From Mytilus edulis (taxonomy: Eukaryota): a DNA stretch of 64,000 nt. Shown in pieces: positions 38,821 through 51,688 of the stretch (within the stretch, counting starts at the first letter, position 1; the number at the start of each line of letters is the position of its first letter). Location: the NCBI RefSeq assembly GCF_963676685.1, contig NC_092352.1, positions 44,950,001 to 45,014,000 of the forward strand, read 5' to 3'. The notes beneath the pieces are model-generated. The model worked only from the letters and a program-made list of their open reading frames with translations. It did no database searches and was not told the DNA's origin. Position numbers and translations under genes: made by a program.

Positions 38821-40073
38821 AAACTGCCACACTTTGTACTGTGATTTTGGCTTTGATTTTTTATTGTTATATAGCTGTTAGAATAGAACAAACAATAAAG
38901 TGCATTTTAATCATCAATCTATGTGCATTGATAACATTTGTGTTTTAATATAAGGAATCTTTTAAGCTGATTCGATGCACTTAGTTTTTTCAGCCGGTTC
39001 CCGTAGAGCTGTATTGGTCACAGTCGTTAAGGACAAACTGCAAGTTTATCACACTTTGTAAAGTTGTTTGGGCCATCGGGTTTTTATTGTTTTAAACTTA
39101 GGGAAATATAATAATTTTAAGAATTAGAAATAATAAAGAATACTTTTTGATCAATAATTTATATGCATTGTCAACAATTGTGTTATAATATCAAAAAATG
39201 TGTAAAAAGAAAAACATTTTATAAAGAATTATTCTTTACCTTCAATTTTTTTTACTTATGTCAACATGCACGTTAAGTTCGGTTTTATTCTAGTCGGCAG
39301 GGTCAGAGAAGATTCCAACAATTGTTTAAGATGACAGATGGACAGTCAAGGCACAAGAAATGGCATTAGATCACATGAAAGCCATAAACATTTGTTAAGA
39401 ATTAATGGTTGTATATCTTATCAGTATCATATGCTTGGGGAAGTCATTAAATATTTTTCAATACATGCTTTAAACTAACATCAAAGATGTTTTCACACAT
39501 TTTGCAAGATAGATCTTAAAAGAAGACAACTTGATATAAGGTACACAAAATAATAAGTAGTAAACATTTACAAGGAAATGTTGATAATGCTTCATTTAGA
39601 GGAAGATACTGCTAGAATAAGATTTATTAAAGTATAAGATTTTTTTACAAAGTCCCAAGTATATCCAACTTAAAATGAGAGCTTCAAACAACCACTTTGA
39701 ATCAACCACTGGATCTGCCGTTTTTTTAAATAATGTCAGGTTGGCCTGCTCACAGCATCAATGTTACTATGATTCTTATCCATTCTAACATAATGGTTAT
39801 ACCTCATGCCACATTATTGTACCAGATTAATCCACCTGCAAAAATCAGCAAGTAAGACTGTTGATATGTCAGCAACTCTCTTTAGCCTTTCTCCTTATTG
39901 TTATTTCGGGTGCAAAATTGAGAAAAATATATATGACAAAATTCTGTTGGATTATTAGAAACATTTTCTTAAAGTAAATGGCTCTACTAAAATAATATCA
40001 AAACTGGAGAAAAAAAATAATTCTCCCATTTTTTTTTTAAAGTTGTTGTTTCACATCAGAGAAATTCTTAACT

Positions 40074-40307
40074 GGGGGGGGGGCAATACCTTTTTGTGTT
40101 AACCTGTTATGGCCCTTTTCAAGGTGCTGTTAACTGTTATCTGAGATCAAATTAAGCTGTTAACTGTTATCTGAGATCAATTTAAGCTGTTAACTGTTTT
40201 CAACCCACTTTGTTAACTGTTATCAGCATTTTTGGATTTTTTGTTAACTGTTTTTGCCAAAATCGAGGTGTTGTTAACATGTTCACGGACGCCCTATTGC
40301 CCCCCTC
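40074..40307. mobile_element. MITE with G-rich/CCCTC termini and 6-bp TSD
   Basis: GGGGGGGGGGCAATA ... TATTGCCCCCCTC, TSD TTAACT (40068-40073, 40308-40313), internal GTTAACTGTT repeats. Confidence 0.8.
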
Positions 40308-41108
40308 TTAACTGAGATGTCAATGTTTATTTCCATCATTACTTCTAACTCAAGAAAAGATTGTAAACCCACTTTCAAAGCAGTTGTAAATTCTTGTAAT
40401 GCATAAATCAACAAAGGGAAATTATTTGTAGTGATATTTCATTGATGAGATGTGTGATGAAAACCTTTTTAAGCTCATTTGATATAATGAAATCTCAATG
40501 TATTGGCAAACTGGAAGTTAGTGTTTGACAACATTACAGCTTTTTACTGTCAAGCTGCTTGACAAATATGAAATAGTTCTTTTTTAATAGTATTGGATGA
40601 ACGTGCAAGGAAAATATAAGCTGGACAAGCCTATAGAGGTGTATCACATGTTTAATATGGAATGTTTCTTAATAAATGTCTTCTAAAAATTTCAGGTTTT
40701 TGTTTATTTGACTGCTAGTCAGTAATTCAAAAAGCTTTATTATTCTAAATAGTAAAATACTAGAGGCTGCTAAGACTTTGAAATGCTCACCTTGCAAAAA
40801 TATGCAATTTTAATATTTATTTTCACCATTTTGATATTTGTTTTCAACATTTAATCAATTTTCCTTTCTAGAACTAGAATATTTATTTTCTAATAAAAAG
40901 CATTTAAGGCCATTCAACGATTATTTCTTCAGCGAGAGATTTGCATTATTTTTTATGCAAAAATCAAGTTAACAAATAATTTCCTGTATTTCTAAACCAA
41001 CAAGAGGGAAAATTATAACAATGGACATCTAGCGATGGAAAATAGCTCAAATAAATCTTTGGGTAAGGTGAAGCAAAAAGAGCAGATTCTTTTCTAAAAA
41101 TTTAATGA

Positions 41109-44100
41109 TCAGTTTTTAACATCTTTATATTTACAAAAGACTTTGTTCTGTATATGCATATCCATTTGGTCATTAAATTTTTCATTATTAAACTGCCGAA
41201 GAAGTTCTTCTGATCTGATGTCCATAAGGGCATTGATGTTTAACTCCTGTTTTACAAGATCAAAGTTTGATTGATCAACAAAATTAGATGAGATAGCTAC
41301 TGATGTTTCCAGGTTCTCTACACGATGAGGACATCCAGCAGGTACAAACAAAACATCACCTGTAACAGATGAAAATAATTAACAAGGACTGAGTGTATGA
41401 ATATACTGTAAATTCATAAACTATTGTGATGTTTTTCTTAATGGGAAAAATGCAATTTGGTGAGTATTGAAATATTAAGAACTCACATTTTGATAACTGA
41501 AACATAGATCTTTATGCAGATTGTTTTGTTATGGGAATAATTTATCTCACAATTTCTTCCATTAGTGATTGTCACAGAATAGAAGTTCCTTCATAATATA
41601 AGTTCCAAATGGAAAAAATATTCTGGAATATTATTTCCACAGGAATAAATATTACAGACTAACAGAATATGTTCCTAACGGAATAAATGGTATAGAATAT
41701 TTGTTCCAACAGGAATACATATTATGACAATGTTTATAACAGAGTTTCCATTGGAACTTCTGTTAGATGGAACAAATATATGATGACATACTAAAATATA
41801 CATGCAAATTTTAATTATTGCAAACCTTATATTGCAGTATTTTTTGCATTAGTATAAACATCCAAATAATTTCTGAATTGACAGTAATTGTTGAATCAGA
41901 TGACACATTTTCTGAGTCTGAGGCCATCAGTCTTTGATTTTAGTCTTTTTTAATGCTGAAAAATTAGAAAAAAATAAGCAAATGAGATCAGCATACTGTT
42001 TAGATGAAAAGTTGTAGCATTTTTAGAAAAACAATAATAATATCGTAAAAATTTGTCAATTTCAGCTTTTGTGTAAAAAAGCTGAACAGTGCATAAGCTA
42101 TTGTTTACAAATATTGCCACTGCTTTAAATATTAGAAATTTCATAAGTAATGAATGTGAAAATACATCCCACAGTATAGCATTCTCAAATGAAGCTTGAT
42201 TTCAAATTTCAGAAATCCCCATTACGTAGTTCCTTATAAAGATGAGATGAATATTTCAAACAAATAAGAGTGTTCAAGTATTTATTAACACAGAGTGTGG
42301 GTCAGATATAAACTGGTTATTCTCCACAATTTCATTGATCTTCTCTTATATATTGAAATAAAAATGTACCTGGTTCTAGAACACATTCTATAGGTGAAGT
42401 GAGCTGTAACAATGGATATTGGGTAAGGTCAGGCCTGGATAAGTCAACAGCAAATACAGGGTCTAGACTGTGCTCATACTCTGGGTATAAATAAGGTACA
42501 TCATTTTGTGGAAAAAATACCCATCTGTAATAGAAACATAATAAAAATTGTTACAAAAGGGGATCTACAACTTAATATTTCATAGATTATATAAATTTGT
42601 TTAATTGATATATACAAAATTATCTCCCTTTATGAAAACATTGAGCTATGGTATGCCTACCATTTATAAAAAAAAAATGGTTATAATTGGCTGTCTTTCT
42701 AGTTATCTATGTTTAACTGGACATTTAAGAATTCATATAAAAGCTATATTGAGGCCTATGTCTTAATCAATACAGGTGTTTTCTGTATATTAAACTTATG
42801 TAGCAAAAAATATTTTTGACAGCACACATAGCTAAATATAATAATTTGTTTATTTCAATTGAATTTCCAATACTTTCATTGCTAACTGTTTAGTTACGTT
42901 ATTCATTTTGTCCCTAAATGCAAGATAAACATGAAAATAACATCCTTAATAATAAAATTTATGCGCATTCACTTTGGGAAATATTACCATAGACATGTTT
43001 CTGAACAAGTATCAAAAAGTTCTTAAAAAAAACTGGTGGCTTTTTCACAGTAAAACCTATATTTATTTTAAATATAAAATTAGTTAGAAATTATCATACA
43101 GAGAGTAACTCAAGTGAAATAATACTGTCATAGAAAGTAATTTTTCATGACTTAAAAGACTTTCAGTCATGTAAAATAACATCCTGTTGAGTATTTTATG
43201 CTTGCAATAACAAGGTATACTTATATACTTATATCAGTTTATCATTACAAATTATGTGCCTATACATGAACATCCATATATTTGTAGAAAAAAAGTACTG
43301 GTACCTTTGCAAAAATAATTTTTAAATGTGCTCTGATTAACATTTACTACAGGAAAATCATATATTTAAACAATGGTAAAGTAGCCAACATGATTCATTC
43401 TTTATTTTTTCATCTCTATATTTTTAACTGTACCTTTTCTTTCCTTGAAATAGCGCCATCCAAAAATTGGAACCAAAAGCATCAACATGAAGTTCACTCG
43501 TTATTCCCTCAGGTGCTACAAACAAGCTTGGCCAACTGTCTTTATATAAACTTCCTTCTTCAGTCCTTTTGAGGAAATCACCTGAAAACTTCCAGAAATC
43601 AAATATTTATTTCACAAAATAAAATTATAAACAAATTTATAATAATTCAGCCATATGTAAAAGTAAGGGTGTTTCTCGTTATAAATGATAAAAAACAAAG
43701 TAGGAACATGGAATCAATGAGAAATGATACAATTTCAATTAACAAGTGAAACTGTGAGCTTCTGCTCACTGATGATACCCCCGTCCAAATGTGTTCGGTA
43801 AACAGGAAGTTGTCAAGTGATGAATCTGAAAACGCATCACACGGTATAGCCGACTTATATCAAGCCTGAAACCAAATTTCAGAAATCCTGGTAGTGTAGT
43901 TCCTGAGAAAAATGTGACGAAAAATATTCATGGGACGGACGGACTGACTGACAGACTGATGGACTGACGGACTGACGGAAGGACAGACAGAGGTAAAACA
44001 GTATACCCCCCTTTTTTTCAAAGCGAGGGTATATAATATATTTAATTTGGAAAATGGTGCAGTTGAGTTCAGTTAATACATTCATCCTGTAAATCTGCCC

Positions 44101-47100
44101 TCCAAATACTTGTCTTTGCCATTACTGCTTGTAGATTAAATCATTAAAATGAAGTCTGCTATAGTTTGAATCAACTTCCAGAAATGGTAAGGCATCTACA
44201 ATAAAGTGTTGTCAACTGTTTTCATTAGTTTTATATTGCAAAATTTTGTAAGTGCAATATATGTACTTCGGTAGCTGTTAATAATCTGCAATTTGTCTAA
44301 ATACACAACAGATGTAGTTATTATTCATTACGACAAAAAAAAAATCAACGTTTCCGTAAAGTGTAGTTCCATATTGTTGGAGAATAATTTCCATAAAAGT
44401 CTTATAAATAGCAGTTAGAAAGATAGAGAGACTGATGACAAAACAATCAGAATTTCCTATTAGAATAGCATAATCTTAAATTACAAATAAAATTGAGAAT
44501 GGAAAGGGGAAATGTGTCAAAGAAATAACAACCTGACAAAAGAGCAGAAAAAAGCAGGCCACCAATGGATCTTCAACACAGCAAGAAAATCCCACACCCT
44601 AAACATAAAATATTCTTGTATGGTAGTTTACCTGCAAAATACTTGGGTATGGTCAACTCTTTTGCTAGTGATGGACAGTTGATAGGTAGACTCCAGTCAA
44701 ACAGGTACAAAGGCTCCGCCAATGTATTATCTATAATCTGATCAATGTAGGTCGACACTGGTACTGTCCGACTGTTCTCTAATCTAGCCCATTCTACTGA
44801 CTGTTTTACTGGTTTCTTGAGGGTAACAGTACAGTTTCCTATACAAACAAGATTGGGGGTTATAATTCATCAATAAAGATTTACACTAAAGTTCATGTTT
44901 ATCAATTTTAGTTTTTAAAATTTATTATTGCCTTTCTATTCATTTCATTACCATTCCCTGTCTTTTGCATAGTGTAAAGGCAATAGAAAGTTTCCTATTG
45001 CATGTGTTGTGTGTTTTCATACTTTTACAACTTTTACTTATTTATTCTTGACATAATTTGTCTAATGTATACTTCTTCATCTTTTTTCTTTCAGTGTATA
45101 TATTTATCAAAATTGTTGCAGGTACACTATTCTTTTAAACTATTTTTCAATTGATACATTCTTTCCAAGTTATTGAAGAGACATGTGGACATCTTAGAGG
45201 GTCTGAATTAGGGGAAGGTCATTTCTGTTGGTTTTTTTTTTGTAAAAATAATTATTACTTTTTTTCTTTGTTTAATTGTTAATATTGTTTCTGTATTTTA
45301 CAATGATATTGTCTGGCAAATAATGACAGTATATAAACATTTTTTGACTTCTTTGGTGGAGATAATAGTATGATAAAAATATAAATAAACAGTAACAGTA
45401 TAGCAAACTAGTAGTTAGGCTGATTTTGCTTCTTTTCTGCCTTTTAATCATGCAGCTGTTTGTATTCGTCAAGTCAACAGGATATATGAGAATTACAAAA
45501 TGAGCAAGCATTTGTGTCTATTTGAATTGTTTTACAATTGTCATTTCAGGTCCTTTTATAGCGCGATATTCTGTATGGGATTTGTTTATTGTTGAAGACC
45601 ATACAGTGACATGGTTGCTTACTTCTACATTTTGTTTTTGTTTTCTAGTATTATCATTGGCAATCATACCAAATCTTCTTACTTTTTTGTATTTGTATGT
45701 TTGGTGTACATACCTGCTATCTCCTTAACATGATTTAATGTCCATGGTACTCTAGTCATCTGAACATTAGTTATAATCACTGGAGTACTAGTACATTCGT
45801 AATTGTGGAAGAATTCTTCTACTGTCAAATCCTGACCTGATATTCTGTCAACCTATTGAAAAGATATGCAGTTTATGTCAATGTTCAGTCCTAAATCCAT
45901 GCACAAGAAAGTGAAAATTTCATAACTTCTCTCAATTATAAAATGGTTAAGTAGGGCTATAAATCTGTCATTGCATAACAGATGTTTTAAACACAAAATT
46001 GTAAAACTTTTTAAAGTTTTAGGAAAACGGCAGGCAAGTTTGGGGTTGACCTTCCCCCTTTTTTTTAAATTTAAAAAAAATAAATTTGGTGAAATATTCT
46101 TTGATGTTGTTTATCCTGACTTTCAAGATTTATTTGAAAACTAATTATTTTTATATATGGTTTTTAAATTATTTCAATCTTGCAATTTATTGAAAAAAAT
46201 AATTTTGTAAAAAAATCAAAATAACATAGATAATGATTTTTTTTTACTTTTCTTGATTCGTATTGTGTATTTCATTTTTATCCCTTCTTGCAACAATTGT
46301 CACCTATAAATTGAGAGAGAAACCATGTGGTGTCTGTGAACTAACATAATATAATTGTTGTGACAGTTTAATTTGAAAATATGGTGTTTTCTAAGTGGTG
46401 AACTAGATAAGTTCACTTTTTATTCAAAATCATTTTGATGCAAATTCTTGGGCTTAGATCATAGACTGTGTTGTACTTTTATAGCTTTCCTTATTGTTGA
46501 AATATTTCATCAAAACTTGACAATTATTCCATACACCAAAAACAGTGGACTTATATACTTCTGTACATTTAGTAAATGAAAAATAAACTAAAACACAAAA
46601 TCTGAGGATTAAACAATACAATATTCTTTACATTATTTTTCTTGACAACTGGTATAATTTTTGTTCTCAAGGTCACAAGAAAAATCGCAAAAATACTGAA
46701 CTCCCAGGAGAATTCAAAACAGAAAGTCCCTAATCAAATAGCAAAATCAAACCCTCAAACACATCAAACGAATGGATAACAACTATCATATTCCTCACAT
46801 TCAGTCAGCATTTCTTGGAATTTCCATTCTCCAAATGGAAAAGTACTAGATTGTTATATATGTAAGGCTAGTTTCTGTTACCTAAACAACACTTATCTTA
46901 AAATTCAATAGATATAGGAAGATGTGGTATGAGTGCCAATGAGACAACTCTCCATCCAAGTAACAATTTATAAAAGTTAACCATAATAGGTCAAGGTACA
47001 GCCTTCAACATGGAGCCTTGGCTCACACCGAACAGCAAACTATAAAGGGCCCCAAAAATTACTACTGTAAAACCATTCAAATGGGAAAACCAACAGTGTC

Positions 47101-49772
47101 ATCTATGAGGGGCCTGTTGGGTTATTTTCATTCTTCGTGATCGGCGCATTTTCGCTATCGTGATCCATTTTTCTTTTAAATTTTCGTGATCCATGATCAT
47201 GGAAATTTATTTTCTGTGAATTGTGATTGACAAAAAAATCAACTCGTGAATCGTGATGAGATCCCCCATCAGGCCCCTCATCTATAAAAAAACGAGAAAC
47301 GAGAAACTGAAGATTAAACAATACAATATTCTTTACATTATTTTTCTTGACAACTGGTATAAATTTAGAAAAATTATCATAAGAAAAATTATCATAAGAA
47401 AAATTATCATAAGAAAAATCACAAAAATACTCCAACGAAAATTCAAAATGGAAAGACCCTTATCAAATAGCAAAATCAAAACATAAAACATCAAACAAAT
47501 GGATAACAACTATCATATTCCTGACTTGGTAGCTAATATATCATAAAGAAAGATAATAAGCTTAAACAGCTGAGTGTCTAACAACTTACAAAAATTAAAT
47601 TGGAAAAACTAAAACTACAACTTTGTCAACCTTTCTGGTGAATCCTGAAATCTGACCACACTTTAAAATCTTCTTCAACAACTGAAATCATGTAAAAGTT
47701 TCTGGATGCTTGTTCACAGTCAACAATATTGGTAGGAAAATTCAAAACATTGGTCATTACAAATCTGATCCTAAGAAAATTCTATAAATAGATGTCAACA
47801 TGAACTGATGTTGGGAATGCTTAAATGCCAATAATGTGTGAAAGACTACCTGTTTAAAGGAGGGAAATTCTCCTCCTGGTTTGATTCTTTGCAGATCCTT
47901 TCCTTGTATTGTCTTTATTTTCAAAATTCTTTTCAATTTCTGTAATAACCATTTATATTCTTTCTCTGAAATATATATTTAATTATACACAACCTTGACA
48001 TTAAAAGTTATCTTTTTCTTATCAAAAATACAGGAAAAGTACTACTGATACTATCTATAGGAAATGTAACACAGGATATGTTTACAATTTTGAGTAAAAA
48101 TACTTCATTTTGTTCTAATTCATTAAGGATGTATTTACTTGACCCAAATATCCATATATAATATAAACATTGTATTTGTTTATCAATCAATCAGTAATTT
48201 TTCATCAGGTTATTTTAGAGTCAATGCGGTTAACTCTAAAATAATCAAATGTTTTTGTCACTAGAAACTTAAAATATACAAATTGATTGTTACTTTTGAA
48301 TTTATCCATACTAAAATTATGCAAAACCTAGGTTACAAGCACTGCTTCTAGAATAGTTAAGCTGATATAACATTGGCTATTTGTTTATGGTTGACTAAAT
48401 TTATATAGTTTCCATGACTTTGGTCACCATTTGGCATTTATTCCATGGACATGTCAAACAAAACAAAATGAAAATAAGTATCATTTCTCTATACAATATC
48501 TATTGGTTAAAGTTTCCCCACATTATATTTAATTATGTTCTAATATCTACATAAATTGTTTATGTTTTCTAAATAACAATTTACCTTCTGGTGCTCCTTT
48601 AACTGCCATCTCTAGGTGATATATTGCCTCTGTAATATCACCCTGTTTTTCCAGAAAAGACCCCAGAGCAGCATGTACATCTGCAGAAGCTGACCCTTCA
48701 ATTAACTGCTTTCTTAACCTTTGTATTTCATCCCTAATGAATTGTTTACCAGCTGGTGACCTGAAATATGCAAAAATTTCATAAACTTGAAAACAAACAT
48801 GGCTAGCAAGGCCATAAAAAAGAATTGGTTTGTTTGCCCAAACGCTACCTACCCAGAAAAAAGTTGCCTACTCAAATTCTTTTATTGTCCTGATTTGAAG
48901 AAGTTTTTTTTTAATCAGATAGGCATAAAGACTAATAAACACCCGATACTTCAATTTCTCTTTTTGAAAAAAAAAGAAAATGCCTACCTACCTACCCACT
49001 GTCTCAACCTTTGGGTAAGGTTTGGGCAAACCAAAATATTTTTAATTTTGGCCCAAAATATTTGTTTTTCTGAGCCTACCATGGCATATGTATAACAATT
49101 ACATTATTATGTGTTCAAAAATACCAGAATTATAATTTAATACGCCAGACGGGCCTTTCCTCTACATAAGACTCATTAGTGACACTCAGATCAAAATAGT
49201 TATAAAGATAAACAAGTACAAAGTTGAAGAGAATTGAGGACAAAAATTTCCAAAAAGTTGTGCCAAATACAGCTAAAGTAATCTTTTCCTCAGATAAGGA
49301 TAATCCTTAGTTTTTCGAAAAATTAAAAGTTTTGTAACAGGAAATTTATAAAAATGACCATATAATTAAAATTCATGTCAACAGTGACTCAACACCGACA
49401 ATAACAGAGCATCATCAGTTTAACAATCCTAAAATAATTAGATATATACCTTGCAATCACCTTTAATAAAGTATTTGGATGACATCCTTTAACAGCTGCA
49501 GTATCTTCTGTTCCACAATGAGATTGGTTACGCCTCCACCATTTAGCTAAAGCAGTATTTGCTAGACTTTCTTTTTCTCCACTGTATTTCCTTCTTTTCG
49601 GATGAGAGTCTAATACAGGCACTTCTATACTCCTTTTGAAGTCAGTTCCATTTGGCTTGTCTTGCAAATTTTTATCAGCTTTGAAAGAATCTTTGTTGAC
49701 TGGTTTAGTATCTTGGGTTATTGGCCACTCATTTATTAATTCTATATCATTTTCAATTTCTTCTGTCTCCAT
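41109..49772 (-). CDS. JmjC-domain 2-oxoglutarate/Fe(II) dioxygenase (JMJD6/JMJD4-like) with N-terminal TPR motif, 8 coding exons, 504 aa
   Basis: Exons (minus): 49772-49450, 48760-48585, 47965-47850, 45852-45714, 44838-44632, 43581-43434, 42524-42370, 41359-41109; all GT-AG, 1515 nt in frame. Motifs: VDRISGQDLTVEEFFHNYECTSTPVII, LYLFDW, IPKYFAGDFL, TSELHVDAFGSNFWMALFQGKKRW (HxD, K), LEPGDVLFVPAGCPHRVENLETSVAISSNF (distal H). An in-frame TAA upstream of the ATG supports the start; probable 5' UTR exon donor at 51321. Confidence 0.9.
41405..41884. mobile_element. TA-flanked Tc1/mariner-like MITE in the last JmjC intron
   Basis: TA|CTGTAAATTCATAAACTATT ... AATAATTTCTGAATTGACAG|TA; internal GGAATA repeats suggest a nested second MITE. 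Confidence 0.55.
43741..44035 (-). mobile_element. HINE/pearl-like element
   Basis: Palindrome GTGAGCTTCTGCTCAC, sub-TIR ATACCCCC, (GACT/GACG)n microsatellite, terminal hairpin TATACCC...GGGTATA. Confidence 0.7.
47107..47279. mobile_element. MITE with GAGGGG...CCCCTC termini and 6-bp TSD
   Basis: GAGGGGCCTGTTGGG / CCCATCAGGCCCCTC, TSD ATCTAT (47101-47106, 47280-47285), internal CGTGA repeats. Confidence 0.85.
47365..47418 (+). repeat. 15-bp tandem repeat, ~3.5 copies
   Basis: AGAAAAATTATCATA repeated. Confidence 0.85.
48810..49054. mobile_element. MITE
   Basis: GGCC...TTTGCCCAAACGCTACC / GGGTAAGGTTTGGGCAAA...GGCC inverted termini. Confidence 0.6.
49119..49390 (-). mobile_element. Retrozyme-like monomer fragment carrying an inactivated type I hammerhead ribozyme (49141-49190)
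   Basis: Minus strand reads GTGTCA-CTAATGA-GTCT-TATGT-AGAG-GAAA-GGCCCG-TC-TGGCGT: stem I, stem II and the core boxes are recognisable but mutated. The flanking ~250 nt resemble the mussel retrozyme repeat as I recall it. Confidence 0.65.
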
Positions 49773-50666
49773 TTGAAACTTATTGTCATATTAAAACTAC
49801 AATAAAAATGTAACACTATTTACCAAGTACTAAATATAAATCGTCTTCATAATTATATGATACAAAGGGGATAAATTGTAATAAAAATTCAAAGAAATAC
49901 AGGAAACTCAAAGATGAAAAAATAAATATATAAAAAAAAGCAATGCTATGCAAAAAACATGAACAATAATATAATACATCACACAGAAAACACAAAAATA
50001 TCAATACATTTACATGCACTGGATACATGTATCCATAAACCCTGACAAAATTTGGGGTAAAACCCAGTTGCTCAAAACAGGTAGTAATCAGTAGTGCTTC
50101 TAGTGATAAGTCATATTCAGTAATATACGTAGCCATCTTTGAAACAGATATTCTATAATCACAATAATGGTCAAAGAGTATATGGCAAGGTAAGGTGTTT
50201 TATTCATGAATGAGTTAAATGGTAAGTGATGACAATTTACTTTTTTATTTCCATGTTCTTTCATATGAACTTGATTCTCAGTCAAACTCATAAATCAAGG
50301 TAAAAAGATGTTCAAGTACTTAGAACTATGACAATTTTGCAAACTTAAGAAGCTTTTATGATATATTTGAATTGAATATTTGTTGTAAACCATGAGAACA
50401 TCCAACTCCTTTTCCAAAAGAGCCTGAACCTGGTCATTCTAATATTACAAAAAGCATTGAATTTGAAATATTAAATGATCCTTGTTCATTGTCATGATTG
50501 TTGTGATACAAGAATATTTTTTTTTATTTACTGTGGTACAGTGGGTTTAACTTTTAAAAAATCAAGCCCAGAGTTAAACAAATAGTTTCACTTTCAGTGT
50601 ATAATCAATGGTAGAGGGGGGTTGGAGGGGTCCTTATCCAGAAATCCTGGGATTAAAAACATGTAT

Positions 50667-50881
50667 GAGGGGGGATAGGACCTTTATCGGGACTCCGGGA
50701 TCGGGTGTTTTTAAGCTCTGAATTCAGGATTTACCCCTTCGGGATCCGGGAATTCTTTTTTTCAAATTTCAGGATCCGGGATTTAACTTTATTTAAATTC
50801 GGGACCTCGGGATTTGTTTTTAAGCCGGGATTTTGGGATCAGGACCACTCCTACACCCCCCCCCCCCCCCCTTTCCCCCTC
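50667..50881. mobile_element. MITE with GAGGGG...CCCCTC termini and 6-bp TSD, nested in a related element (~50614-51030)
   Basis: GAGGGGGGATAGG ... CCTTTCCCCCTC, TSD ATGTAT (50661-50666, 50882-50887), internal CGGGA repeats. Confidence 0.8.
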
Positions 50882-51688
50882 ATGTATGAAATCCTGAGAT
50901 TCCAAATTTAAGGAAATTTAAATCCCAACATCCTGAAATTCGAAAAAAAGAATTCCCGGATTCCGAAAGGGTCTTTCCCAAAATCCAGAGCTTAAAAACA
51001 CCTGATCCTGACGTCCCGAAAAAGGATAATCTTTTGTATTTTTATGGGGGTAACAGTCTTGGACATTGCACGTTTATCCTGGATTTTGACATTTATGGCA
51101 ATCCACAATTTCATTGGAATAGGGAAAGGACAGAGCTAGTTCAATGAAGCAAAGGCGTACGATCTACCTTGTAATGTCACAAATTACACAAATGTTGTAC
51201 ACACGCCAAAGTGAAAGTGGCTTGTCTGTAAATTCGTCATGAGTTATCTACCGTTTGGTGGCAAAATATAATAGATCTATTGACCAACAAGGTAAACACT
51301 CAACAACGTAAAGCAACTTACCTTTCATTCACGGACTGTCGGTAATGAGTACAAAACAGTATACTCTGGTTTGTTGTTATAAATATATTAACATTTGTAT
51401 ATAACAGTTATATATATATTAGCAGAGACATATAATACATTGTATCATATGTCTCTGATATTAGTATAGAAAGTCCCTGCACATATATATACAGAATAAC
51501 AATAATTCAAACGGCCATACATCTTCATGAACATGCATGAAATATTTGTCACTGGACATAAAGCAAATAAGTATCAATCAATTATGCCATGTATTACGGT
51601 AGATGTTCATCTTTTTTTCTTAATTGTTTTTCATTGACAAGTTCATCGGTGCAACATAAGGCATTTCCTACTAATTGATAATTTTGTG

